A program made the position numbers and the translations under genes. Shown here in pieces: positions 45,142 to 57,247 of a stretch of 64,000 bases of DNA (position 1 is its first letter; the number at the start of each line of letters is the position of its first letter). The DNA comes from Selaginella moellendorffii (lineage: Eukaryota > Plantae > Lycopodiophyta). The DNA lies in the NCBI RefSeq assembly GCF_000143415.4, contig NW_003314262.1:1725960-1789959 (forward strand), in the 5' to 3' direction. The notes beneath the pieces are model-generated. The model made no database searches and was not told the DNA's origin. It saw only the letters and a program-made list of their open reading frames with translations.

Positions 45142-46187
45142 TGTAAGCCACAAATTTTTCCTTTCCAATTTGCTAATTTACTTCATCTATCCGACCACCA
45201 CAGCCTTGGCCTTAGTTAAGTTCCTTTACTAAGGTTCTTGCCTATTATACCAGCTTCTACTTGGTCCTACTTAGTTTCAGTAGCTCACTGCATGAACAAC
45301 GGAGTGTTAGCCATCCATCCACAAATCCCAAAATTCTCTCTCAATCCCCCTCCCTAGGTTAGATTGGACTTAAGCTTTGGCTACATTCCCCACAGGCACA
45401 AGTAGCAAAACACACCAAGCCTCCAAGTTCCTAACATCCTTTGGTACAACAAGATTTGATTATGGGACCCTCTAAATCCCAAGCCTTGGGTGCAACACTT
45501 GCTTCGGGACACTAAGGGGAAACACTGTGGCTTAACATCCCGGTATAGGTACCCTTACTCTCCCACTTTCATCCTGAAGGGAAGGCCCAAGCCCCTAGGA
45601 AAGGCGAGGACCAATAAGCCCCAAGGTACTCAAATGGGGCACCACTCCACATGAGTCGGGAGCATCGTTGTCGGTTTCTCTTTTGGGAGTGGGAGTTGCT
45701 CTTGAGCACTTCCTTAGGTGGCCCCTTCGGCACCATCCAAGTCCATGCTCACTCCCACCCAAGGCCCCTAAGCCTTAGTCTCAACCTCAAGTTAGTTTAG
45801 AAGCACTACTGGAGAGTTTCTTCAAGATTGGTTCCTGGACCTCACTATCCCTACTATACTTTTGGAACCCCCTACAGTGCCCCCCCCTCGAGAGACATAT
45901 GCTTTAGGCTTTCACCCCAAGACTTGTATTAGTATTCGGACTTGGTCTCGGACCCAATCTCGGATCATGAACTCAGTCTCGGTCTCGATCTCGGTCTTGG
46001 ACTCGGTCTTGAACTTGGTCTTGGAGTTAGTCTTAGACTCGATCTTGGACTGAATCTCAAACTTAGTTTCAGAGTCGGTCTCGGATTCAATCTCGGACTC
46101 GGTCTCATCCGATGAACTCTTTATCATTTTGGTCGTACTTTCGGGGATTTTTTAGCCTTTGACACCTCGGGGAGTTGGTTCCTTACA
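45142..46187 (-). repeat. Full LTR copy of the chromoviral family
   Basis: TGTAAG...CTTACA; reverse complement of 1707-2854; flanks ATAAT/ATAAC. Confidence 0.85.
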
Positions 46188-46349
46188 ATAACTTATTTTC
46201 TGTTCTGTCGATAACTCACCTCTTTGGTGAGCATCCCGCACCTCTTGGTTCCTTAGTAACACTTCTTGTGCTAGACTATCATTCTCATACGCTGTTTACA
46301 TATCATCCCAAAATGTTGCTATCGTGCTAAATATCGTTAACTTGTTGCA

Positions 46350-49300
46350 AATATGAATTTGGGTATATCGAAAGTTACTTGTCAGCTAGTCCTCTCAAAT
46401 ATTCTTTCCTTACTGCCATGACGGCAAGAAGTCAGTATTGCTAGACTCGTTATCAGTTCCCACTTGAGTTAGTTGAGAAACTAGTCAATGACTATATACT
46501 TAAATTGGATAAACATAAGGTAGGAACCCTAAGGAGGTCAATATTGCTAGACCCGTTATCAGTTCCCACTTGAGCTAGTTGAGAAACTAGTCAATGACTA
46601 TGCACTTAAATCGGATAAACATAAGGTAGGAACCCTATGTGTTTTTTGCTGAGCATACTTGGTTTGGTTTGAGAAACTCTTGTCATTAGCTTGCACTTAC
46701 TAGTATTAAGAACCCCTATAATATTGAGGTTGGTCCCTTAATATTTGTTATATGATAGCTTATCGTGTATGCCAAACACCCACGCTATCATACCCTTTGT
46801 GTTAGTTTCATTTTGGTCCGAAATGCTATTTATGGAAAGTGTCTAGATTTGTTCATTTGCCATATTTTCGGAATGTAGAGATTGTCCTTAACACAATGGT
46901 ATTTGTCCTGTGTCCAAATTCACAATCTAGGGACATTCCATATTTAATAAGTTTTGAGCTTGTCCTAGAAACTAACTTCTGGTACTAAGGGTGGCCAAGG
47001 GTGAGTGTGTGTTCCTCAAGGGAGGGGGGGGAGCTCTGGGGGGTTCAAATTGGATAGTAGGGATAGTGGGTAGGTCAAGTATGGTCAACCAACCTGAGGC
47101 ATAATTTAGGCATAATATAGTTTTTGCTTGCGTGTTTGTCCTTGTTCTACATTTGGCTTGGGTCTAAGCCCAAGTTCCATACCATGTTAGTTGGGGGAGT
47201 ACCCATATCCTTATGTTAAGCTATCAGTATGTTGAAATAGTGTCAAACTCCATTTGGCTCCAATTTGTATGTTGGTCCTGGCATTGGGATACTGGATGCT
47301 TGGGGACTGTTTCAAGTTGCTCCACACTCCTATCCCTTTGCTCCTTAGGCTATACACTTGGGAGTTGTTCCATGCTCCAATGCCATTGCTCCTTGGCTCT
47401 ATACTTGGGAGTTTGGCTGTGTTCCTTTGTTCAGTGGCCCAAGGCCTTGAAACTCAAGTTCTGCACCACTTTCCTTTGGACACATGGCATGTGACACATG
47501 GCACATGGAAGGTTTAGGTTTCACATGATTATCCTATGGTAAATCACCATAGGATAAAGGGTGAAAACCACTTATGTTACATTTGGTATTAAAGAAAATG
47601 TCTCAGAGAGTATTATACAATGAGATTGGGCAACTAGTTTCATTACATATGCAGAGATGAAAATGATAATTCATTTGGGTACACGTTTGGGTGCTAAGGC
47701 TTCACATTCATTACTTAAGTATGGATTTTGGTTACCTTTTTGTACCATATTATGTGAGTTTGCTCTTGGGCTTATAAGATGGATAGAGATGTTCTATTTG
47801 CATGAGTTTGTGCTTGGGCTCGTGAGTAAGGCACATTAGCAACTCAAGGTTACACTTTGAGTTAACAAGATGGATTTAAGATGTACCTTTTGTACGAGTT
47901 TGAGGTTAGCCTAGACCTTAGTAGATAGTTTGTATGATGTAACTTGAAAGGGATGCCAATTTTTAGGGCCAAAGCAATTGAGTTAAATAGAGTTTATAGT
48001 TAGTTTAGAAAAATGGTTATTGCACTTTTTATAAAAATGACCCTTGTGCCTTTCTCCTATAATGTTATACTAGCTTTGTTTATTAGGAGGTTGTGTACCA
48101 TACGGGTCCATCTCATGGTCTTCACTTTAGTTATGATTGAGTGTTCTCTTCACAGAACTATTGGCCAAATGTTGGTGAGGTTATTGTAGTTCAATTAGAT
48201 TAAAGTGGTCATTTAATCTGTATTTGTCCATATTCCTATTACTCGATCTAAGGTATTACCTTCATGTTAGACAAGTATATAACTTGATAGTGTGAGTTTA
48301 GTGGTTAGGTTTGTGAAAGCAAGTTAAAAAGTGGCTATTAATTGCTTTGCGACTAATGATTGTTTGTAGATTTTGTTGAGGACTTTTGCTTCACTCAATA
48401 AAGATTTTATCAGTGATGCGCTTGTTTACCAAATGATGGTGTGCAGGATTGTGTCATTGGGTTTACATGCTTTTTCCCATATGATATATCTATTCTACCT
48501 TTATCATATCATTTGGGTGTGTTTAATCCATGGTCGTACTCCGTGATGATATGTTGTCTATAATTAAGTATTGGTAAAATTTAATCTCGAATACTGAGTA
48601 AAGTATCTTCGATCTTAGTTAATTTGGTTGCTAAAGAGCTTTGAATAGTAATTCACTCTTGCTTTCTTTTAGCTTTATTTAATGTTAATGACATTGAAGT
48701 AATGTCTTGTTGATGACATTGTTAATGTTGAGTTTGGAGTGAAATGACATATCTCTCTATAAGATTAATGTTGAGTTTCATTAGTCTCAAATGCAGATAA
48801 TGTTAATTGTTTGGTTGTAGCTTTGTGTTATTAGCATTTGTGCATTTGCTAGTTAGCAACTATGTTAATATTCAAACGAGTTGAATAGCAAGTTGAGTTA
48901 GTTGTGTTTTAAAACAAGATTGTTCAGTAGGGGTTTAGTTTTGGCTTTTCCTTGAAAAATGATTTAATCGTGGACTATACTAGCTTTATGAAAAAAAGAG
49001 TTAGTGATCAATATTAAAGTTGTTAATTCTTTATTGAATTTGAGTTGAGCATATATCAATTATTGATGGTATTTCTTGTACATTTTATGTAGTGAGTTAT
49101 ATTTTGCTATAAAAGATGGATTCATGGAAGATCATTTGGTGATCATTTGTTAAGCATAACTTTATTTTGTTTGACTTTTAAATTAATGCAAGCATGCTCT
49201 TCATTAACTTTGGCACTATAAAGTTTGGCTTCTAGATATGTTGAGGAGGATATTGTGGGTTGTACCATGATTTTTTCTTTAGCATTGAATTTAATTTGTT

Positions 49301-51750
49301 CAAAAATTGTGAATATTATGATATAAACTTCTTTGAACTTTTGGTTCTTTAAATTTTATGTTTATTGTTTCATTTATTAAGAGTTGTTAGAGAAGGCATT
49401 TTAGCTTATTAGCTTCAATGTTGAAGTTAACTTTTGCATTTAGCAATCATTGGTGATGATTGATTATCTAAGATTTATTATTCTTATCACAAGTTTTATT
49501 TGATTATTATTGATGTTAAATGATTTAATATTCTTTTGGGATGGTGGATTTTTTCTTCAATGATAATTATGTATCTCTCTATTGATGGGATGATTGATAA
49601 CTTTTTATGATAGTTATTATCTTGATAGCTCTTGGTTTTTCACATTACTACATATTCTTTATGGTTTGCTTTACATTGGTCTCATACCTTTCAACCGGTT
49701 TACAACCTTTCATGATCTTGGTGGTTCTTATCATACTCATTTATCAGATGATACCTACATTGGAGTACTTTTGTGTTTTAACCTAAGATTTATTTATTGA
49801 TAATTTAGTCTTTAAGATATCATTTTCTCTAACTTTGATATTATCCATCTATTGTTCTTTAAGTTTGGGCCAGTATAGGTAGACTGACTTCTACACTTTG
49901 TGTGCATGGTGAAATATTTAGTTATGGGGCAGTTATTGTAAACTAGTCATATCACCCACCTCTCTTTCGATATTCTTTATTCCGTTAAAAGGGCATGACC
50001 GTGTAAACAACTCTAATTGCCTATATACAATAGTCTATTTAAACCTTATTAACAAGTTTAACTTGTTTGCTTATGAGAGTTGGGGCCTTTAGCTTTTCTC
50101 TCTATGTCACTTGCAAGCAAGAGCATATCATCTTTTATAAGTTGAGTGACACCCAAAGCAGCAAGAGTGGCTAACTTTGTTAGTTGTTTCCTTGTTGGTG
50201 ATGGCCAGAAGGTGTATGAGCTGTAGTGCATTTGCATTAAACAGAGAAGTTGCCGCTCTAACTTGTTTAAGTTGGTGCATTTTTCATAAAGTATGAACAT
50301 CATGAATTTTTTCTGGAGTTGTTTCTTTGGCAGTGGTCTAGAATAAAGTATGCATCGACAGGGACATTGATCTTTCTTAAAGGGGAGAATATGTCATGAA
50401 TATGATTGTGGGTATTGAAAGTTATATGTTGGCTAGTCTTTTTGGATATTCTTTCCTTACTACCATGACGGGAAGAGGTCAATATTGCTAAGCCCTTTAT
50501 TAGTCCCTTTTGTTCAAGTATTAATAAACTTGATTTAGCATTTGTATTTGGCCAGACAAGCATAAAGAAAGAATTCCTAAATGTTTATTTAGCCAAGTAT
50601 ACTTGGTTTAGTTTGTTAGTTCTCTTTTGCTCTATCTTGCACTAGCTTGACAAAAACCACTATAATATTGAGATTAGTCCCTCAATATTCGCTAAGTGAT
50701 AGTTTACTGTGTTCGCTAAGACACTCTCACTATCATGCCCCATGTGTTGGCTCCATTCAGTCCTATTAATTATTTATGGAAAGTGTCTAGATGTATGAGC
50801 TAGACATATGTACAAAATGTAGAGTTTGTCCTAAATATAATAGTGTTGTTTTTATTCCAAATTTGCAATCTAACACCATTCCATTCCATATTTACCATAT
50901 TTAGTAAATTTTCATGATTGATTACTTCCCTAACCTTGATAGCCTTGCCTTATAGCAAACTTCAAGACCACGCTTCAGCTGTGCCACTTTGATTTTGCGC
51001 ACTCTATAGATCATATACACTTAGCTTTTTAGGTACTTATCTACCTAGAATTGTTTTTGGGAACCTTCAAGGAACTTTGTTCCTTAGTTTGTTAAGGCCT
51101 CTCCTTTTTGCAAGCTTTCTAATTACCATATGTTCTAATATGGATAATTCCATATTTTAAACTCTTTATGGCATCACGGTTACGAATAACAACCCACTCA
51201 AGCACTCATTTGATTCTCCACTCCCAACTTGCATAACCACCCTTGGTTATGCCCTTCAATTCCTATGGTTCGATTCTATTTCTTTATTACTTACTTTTTG
51301 GCCTCATACATTTCCTACAGTTATTTTCCTTCAAACTAGGAGAATATCTTTACACTTTCTACCATACCTTAGCAAGTATTCTGAGGGATGAACTTACCCG
51401 AGAGCCTAGGGAGTAGTTCCTCAATTTGGGTATGCTCACCGTATAATCCCACATATCGGGATTAACGTTGCTACTTATGGGTTTTTTTATGCCCATCACT
51501 AGCCTTGCCAAAATCTTTTTTTGGATTTGTCCAATTCAGGTAGACAGACTTCTCCTGTCTCCGCAACCTTGGACATTTGGATAGCACCTCCTATCCATCA
51601 TTCACTAAAGACTTAATCCCTTAGGCCTTATCTAACGCCCTCATGACACCAAATACCACTTCCTGGTGTTTTAAAGTGTTTGGGTGTCCCAATGATGGCC
51701 TTCTTTGACAATGAGCATTCCCTTTACAACACTAACTTACTATATTGCAA
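46350..51750 (+). mobile_element. Ancient LTR retrotransposon remnants: LTR ending ~47581, degenerate tRNA-iMet PBS, AT-eroded internal region
   Basis: ..TTACA then TTTGGTATTAAAG (cf. TGGTATCAGAG); segments repeated at ~40680-41730, 46350-46950 and 50400-50900; no intact ORF. Confidence 0.55.
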
Positions 51751-52368
51751 TAAAGCTCTATTTTGTTAAAGTGGGATTTATTCAGTAAAATGGGACTAGG
51801 TACAAATTTTCAAGTATTTGAAAATGACGTGAAATTATATGTTTTTTGTCCAGGGGCTAGACATATCTGGGGCATGGTGACTAGCGCGGTGACTTTGTGT
51901 CCAGACTGAGTCCATCTGGTTGTATAATAAATCTCATTGTCAAGGTGAACAAGCCGAATCTGAAGCTAAAGAAGAGCGATGGCATGCGCGCACACACTAT
52001 TTGTTTGTTCATTGAGCGTGTGGTGAGCTTTCCAAGATGAACGTCATTCCTATTAGCCAGACATATAACTTAATGGTGAGAACATTTAGATATTATTCAA
52101 TGTTATCTTTTTCTAACGAATCTAATTGTGAAGGTGTAGCAAGAGGCATTGCTAGTCTGGAGAAGTCATTTAACTCATTTGACCCTTAGTGTATTTTCAT
52201 GAAACTAAATAACATTCATATTATTAAGGAATTTCTCTAGTACCTTTTTTTTACGACATAGAGGCTTGCATTTCTTTCAAAGGTGATTTAGTAAAAGGCC
52301 TGAGGGCACATGCCATTCTATTTCTCAGACCAGTATTAAGATATACTAGTGCAAAGGGCCACATGCCA

Positions 52369-55105
52369 TCACGCCTCCTCTGATTCAGATTCGGATTGTT
52401 CACCTTGAAATAAAATACATTAGAAACTTAGTAAAGGAATATTAAATCTCACCTTGAACCCGGGTTATGAATGCTCTTGCTGCATCTCTTGCATGGTCTG
52501 GCAAGGTGATGGTGGCACTCTGCTTCCGCATCCAACCATGCACAACATTATCCACCGATATGCTCATGCTGGGATCCTTTGGATTCAGCACCCATCTCTT
52601 TTCTAGGCAATCCTTCGTATATCCGGAACTTGGCTTGAACCACTCCACAGTTACATTGAAGGAGTTAGTTTCTGCGTCCTCCTCTGCATCAGTGATGCAG
52701 CGCCCCACCCATATCATTTGTTTTTTATTACTGGGTCTGACAAGCACGACCATTCCTTTGCAGACTTGTACTGGATTGAATGCTGAATCCGGCTTCTTGT
52801 TCCTCGGCCCACAATAGTGATCCTCAACATCGTTATCTGTCACGGCATTTCCAGAGGACATTGTTCCGCTACTATCTGGTGCTCTGGGTTCTGGCCAAAA
52901 GGACTCTTCCAATTCTTCATATACAACCGGCCCATTTTGGATAGCAGATATAATCTTCTCCCAGTATTCGAGCAAAGGCTTGCACCTCTTAAAATAGGAT
53001 TCTCCACCAAACACCAACCCCCTCTTCCAGAAGGCAATATGCTGTCTAATCCCGGCCACTATACTTTCCTGGTCTTTGAGTCCATCCGGGTGCATCGGCC
53101 GTGGGGAACCCTGAGGAATCATAGGTTCCCCAGTTATGGGATCTCTCTTGAAGAGTTCAATGCCGTCCACTGGCAGCCACACTGTGTCCCATTCTCTCAT
53201 CTTGTACCTCATCACTGGAGCACCGTCACGCATGCTGAAATGAAACTGAAGAGGCTTGGAGTGGCCAATCAGCGTTTCGGATCCGTCCCTGATGTAGCCT
53301 CTTACAAACCCCTTAAAGTCTGGAACCTCTGTCACAAGTGCAGCTTCAACAGTGCCTTTGATGCAATTTTGGAATTCATCGTAGAGTTGTGGGAGGGTGA
53401 GGACATTGGATCGCCGGAGGGACTCTGCCAGGTGACTGAACATGGCATCGACGTCTTCATGAGTGTGCCCAACCATGAGAAAGCCAAGTGTAACCGTTTC
53501 AAATATGCCTTTGGCAACAAGCATCGCCAAGTACGCGAAGACGTACATGTTTTTGTTCTCACTGCCAGCATTGTCTGTTTGGAGCAGAAGATGGGGTGGA
53601 AGGCCACATTGGCTGCAAGAACTTCCTTGAGATTCTGCTTCGTTTGGATGAGGCTGTGCATTCACCGGGCGACCAGCCTCGTCGGAATGACATGAGGCCT
53701 CACGTGATAACCCTACAATCTGACGGCCAACATATTCACTGGGATGGCATGGGGCCCCACGCGATACTGCAAGCCTTTGCTCCTCCTCCAGCTGAACCCT
53801 GTATGGGGTTCGATCGACAAGGGCCTTATGCAAGGGTTGGCCGTTCAGCTCAGTCTGCGCACTTTGCAGAGACCTTAAGTGTTTTGCTAGGGACGCAATC
53901 ATCATGTTTGCACCCCCGCCACCCCATAGAGGTACAAAGAAGTTCCCATAGTTCTGGGCACCATGCCCATGAGCGATTATGCCAAACAGAGACACAGGCA
54001 GTTGCATGGATGAAGAGATTGCCTTGGGGGCAAGATTGAGTCGAGGTAAGCACGTCTTTTTCTGGTCCATTTTGTCGTGGATGATGCAGAGGTAAGAGTC
54101 AGGTCTCTCCATGGAGAGAATCCTGTTATGATAATATGCAGTCCTGCAGCTTCTCTGCTCGATGTTGTGGTCGAGCCGCCTTCTAACCAACGTCTCTCGC
54201 TCTTGAGCGCTGCAAGAATTCTTCGACAAAGCCATTTTGATAGCAGTGCACTCGTCACACTTTGAAAAGCTAGAGTACTTTCCTATACTCACATCCCTGA
54301 ACCTGTTGCTCCACAATCTACTAAATCTAGATTGGCTCAGCTTCCTGTAGCCATTACTCTAGAGTTCCCGATTCACATCTTCCAATATGGCCCCCTTGGT
54401 ATACATGGGAGGGAGAACTCGTTGGGTGTCTTGTGTTCCATCTTCCAAGAGGCGGGTTTTATGTGGTTGCTGCTCGCTACATGTCTCGACAAACCTCTTG
54501 AAGATTGCCTCTCCATATACAACATGACCCCTGGTTTTGTGCGTACCGTCGTTCCCATGAACTGCCTGTTGAACCCTTTGTTCCTCGAACTCAGTTTTGA
54601 TTCTGTAGAATGTGGTTCGAGGGACTCCATAAATGATTCTCCATGCCTTCATGTAGACCAAACCCCTCTGGAAGACCATGCCCCCCACCTGATGTTCTGA
54701 AGCATCAACAGATGACCGTAATGCCTCATACACAAAATTGCGAGCTGCCTTCCAGGACAATGTCTTGTATCTTGCTCTCTCCTCTTCAATAGCATCCCAA
54801 TCAGCATGTTGACAGCACCTCCTCTTGCAACAAGCAACTGTCGAGACCATTCGAACCTCCATCGCCATTTTCTGCCTTTTCGGTTCGTTGCTCAGATCCC
54901 TTTGGCTGCGCTGTAGGAAGGTGTACTTTCTTTTCCCATGAAGAGATGTTCTGTCATCAGTTGTAGTGGTGTTTGATTGTGAATCCTTCACATTCTCAAA
55001 CACTAAATGCCTCAATTTCCACCGCACAATGCTTCCAATAGTCAGACTATTTTCTTCTGTGTCAACAACCTCTAAAATTGCAACTCCAATATCATCCCAG
55101 CCCAA
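52369..55105 (-). pseudogene. DDE transposase (Sola1/DUF7869-like), one in-frame TAG at 54359-54361; 5' end runs into the assembly gap
   Basis: ACCKRRC, FSKCDEC, IIHDKMDQ, GGANM, LQTDNAGSENKN, FLMVGHTHEDVDAMFS; ORFs 55105..54359 and 54316..52442 are in one frame; probable last intron 52404-52452 with stop at 52369. Confidence 0.85.
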
Positions 55106-55112
55106 TTCTTGA

Positions 55113-55212
55113 NNNNNNNNNNNNNNNNNNNNNNNNNNNNNNNNNNNNNNNNNNNNNNNNNNNNNNNNNNNNNNNNNNNNNNNNNNNNNNNNNNNNNNNN
55201 NNNNNNNNNNNN
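55113..55212. other. Assembly gap (100 N)
   Basis: Run of N. Confidence 1.
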
Positions 55213-56441
55213 GTGTGCGTGACTAGTCACCCATACAAAAATATATACAGTTGCAGCAAGGCAAAAGGAATATGGCAATAGGCTAGTAGGGGCCAAAGAT
55301 GGCATGAGGCCTCATGCCATCTTGATATACACACAGCTGCAGGCAAGTAAAAACATACATGACAATACGCTAGCCATGAAATTGCAAGGGCCCAAGATGG
55401 CATGTGGCCTCATGCCATTTCTAAATGTGGTCCTAAACCATTCCATGGTGAACATACCAGGAAGCACAAGTGCCGAATATCAAGAGGAAGCGGTAGCCAC
55501 ACCAAAGACAGTGCCGCTCGCAACACCGCAACTACTCGTAGTGCCGCTCGCAACACCGCAACTGCTCGTAGCGCCGCTCGCACAAACTGCCACTCGCATA
55601 AACTGCCGCTCGCAATGGCGCTCGCAATGCCGCAACCGCTTGTAGACGCATAAACCACAGCTCACAACGCCGCTTACACAAGCAGCGCTCACTGCGCTCA
55701 GCGGAACCAAGAACACGGCGCACAAAACTGATAGACCTAGGAATGAGTTCGAGAATTCAAAAATAACACACGCTTGAACGTCACATCAAATCCTCTGACA
55801 AACCAGATCTTATGATTCCTCTGACAAATTTCAAACTGAGTAGCTTCTAGACTTTGCTGTCGGAGGTTGAACTTTGTCACATCATGTCCTTGCCTCGATC
55901 CAGCTGTGCCATGTCAGTGATTCGAACTTTGCCATGCCATGTCAGCGATCCGCGCCAAGATTATTCGCCGTGTAAAGGAATAATTATGCTGTGTGTGTAC
56001 GTCCATTTATGGCAATATAAGGCCACATGCCATTCAAAGAATAATGCTAGTCGAGCATCTTTTGGTGCATTTTTGGGTTCAAAATTGCATGAGCCCACAC
56101 GCTATAAAGTTTACCTGTACCAAAAATAGAAACAACTTTATTTACTTGGGAATTTATATGGTTGAGGCATTTTTAAACTTACAAACACATGCCCTACTTA
56201 CATTCCTTTGGTTGCTTAAAATTCAAAAATATTATAAACCTTTCTTTTTGCATTTTCAATGTTTTCAATTATGGTTTTTGATTTTCGCAGGACCAGCCTA
56301 GTAATCTATTTGCATCCCGTCATGTTTATAGCTAGCTTTCGTTTGTCCCCTTCGCTAGCCTGAGATACATCTGCTCGGCATCTGCCTCTTACAGCATTTG
56401 CCCAGAAAGGGCATCTTTCTTCACGCAGCATTTGCCACATG

Positions 56442-56473
56442 TTTAGGGTTAGGGTTTAGGGTTTAGGGTTTAG
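56442..56473 (+). repeat. Short interstitial plant telomere-type array, (TTTAGGG)~4
   Basis: TTTAGGG TTAGGG TTTAGGG TTTAGGG TTTAG. Confidence 0.85.
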
Positions 56474-57247
56474 CAATTCAGTAGCTTGATAAACATGCAA
56501 ATACAGAACTTGATGCAAAATCCTTTGATATGTCACAATGCCCCTAGGACCATAAACACATTTCAATAGAGAGGGTCCTTTCATTTCATAACTCCTTACG
56601 TAGATCTTGGTGAAACCAGAGTTAGTGAAGTTGGTTTCTTGTGATCCCGCATCTGATTGTGATGTCCCTTTGCAGTGTCGATGGAAAGGTCAATGCACAC
56701 CAAACTGTAGAATCTTGGAGCAAAATAACGGTCGGATCTATGGCAAATGCCCCTGAAACATTGTAAGGCTCGTGTGGTCTCATGTGGTGTCCGATCGAGA
56801 TGCTTCTTTGCAGGGTCATCAAGAAGGACATTGTATACCATTCTGTAAAATCTGGTTGCGATCTAACGGTTGGATCTCCAGGAAACTCAAAACAATCTCG
56901 CGTGTGTCAGAATATTCTAGGAATATACTCCTATGTGCTCCAAGATTATTCGCCGTGTAAAGGAATAATTATGCTGTGTCATTCATTAATCTCGCGCTTG
57001 CATCACACTCGCGCTCGCATCGCGCTCGTGTGCATCGGCGTCCACTTCAAGACACACCCAGTTTGTAACTTCGCCGCCAACTCCGCCTCCCACTCCGCCA
57101 CCCACACGCAGCCCACTTGGCGTCCCGGGAGATTTCAGCGCCACTCTCTAACTGTAAGTGGCAGAGTAGCCTTGCTGCTACGATCCGCTGCACACACAGT
57201 GCACATTCGCCAGCGAGTCCGGTTGTCACGCCTCCATTCGGCTTCAA

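Noticed and set aside
41733-46187. A complete LTR element bounded by LTRs 41733-42775 and 45142-46187
   Set aside because: Outer flanks give no matching TSD, and gag, RT and PBS are missing; better read as nested or deleted remnants
56442-56473. Chromosome end or fusion site
   Set aside because: Only about 4 units in a single orientation, inside a transposon
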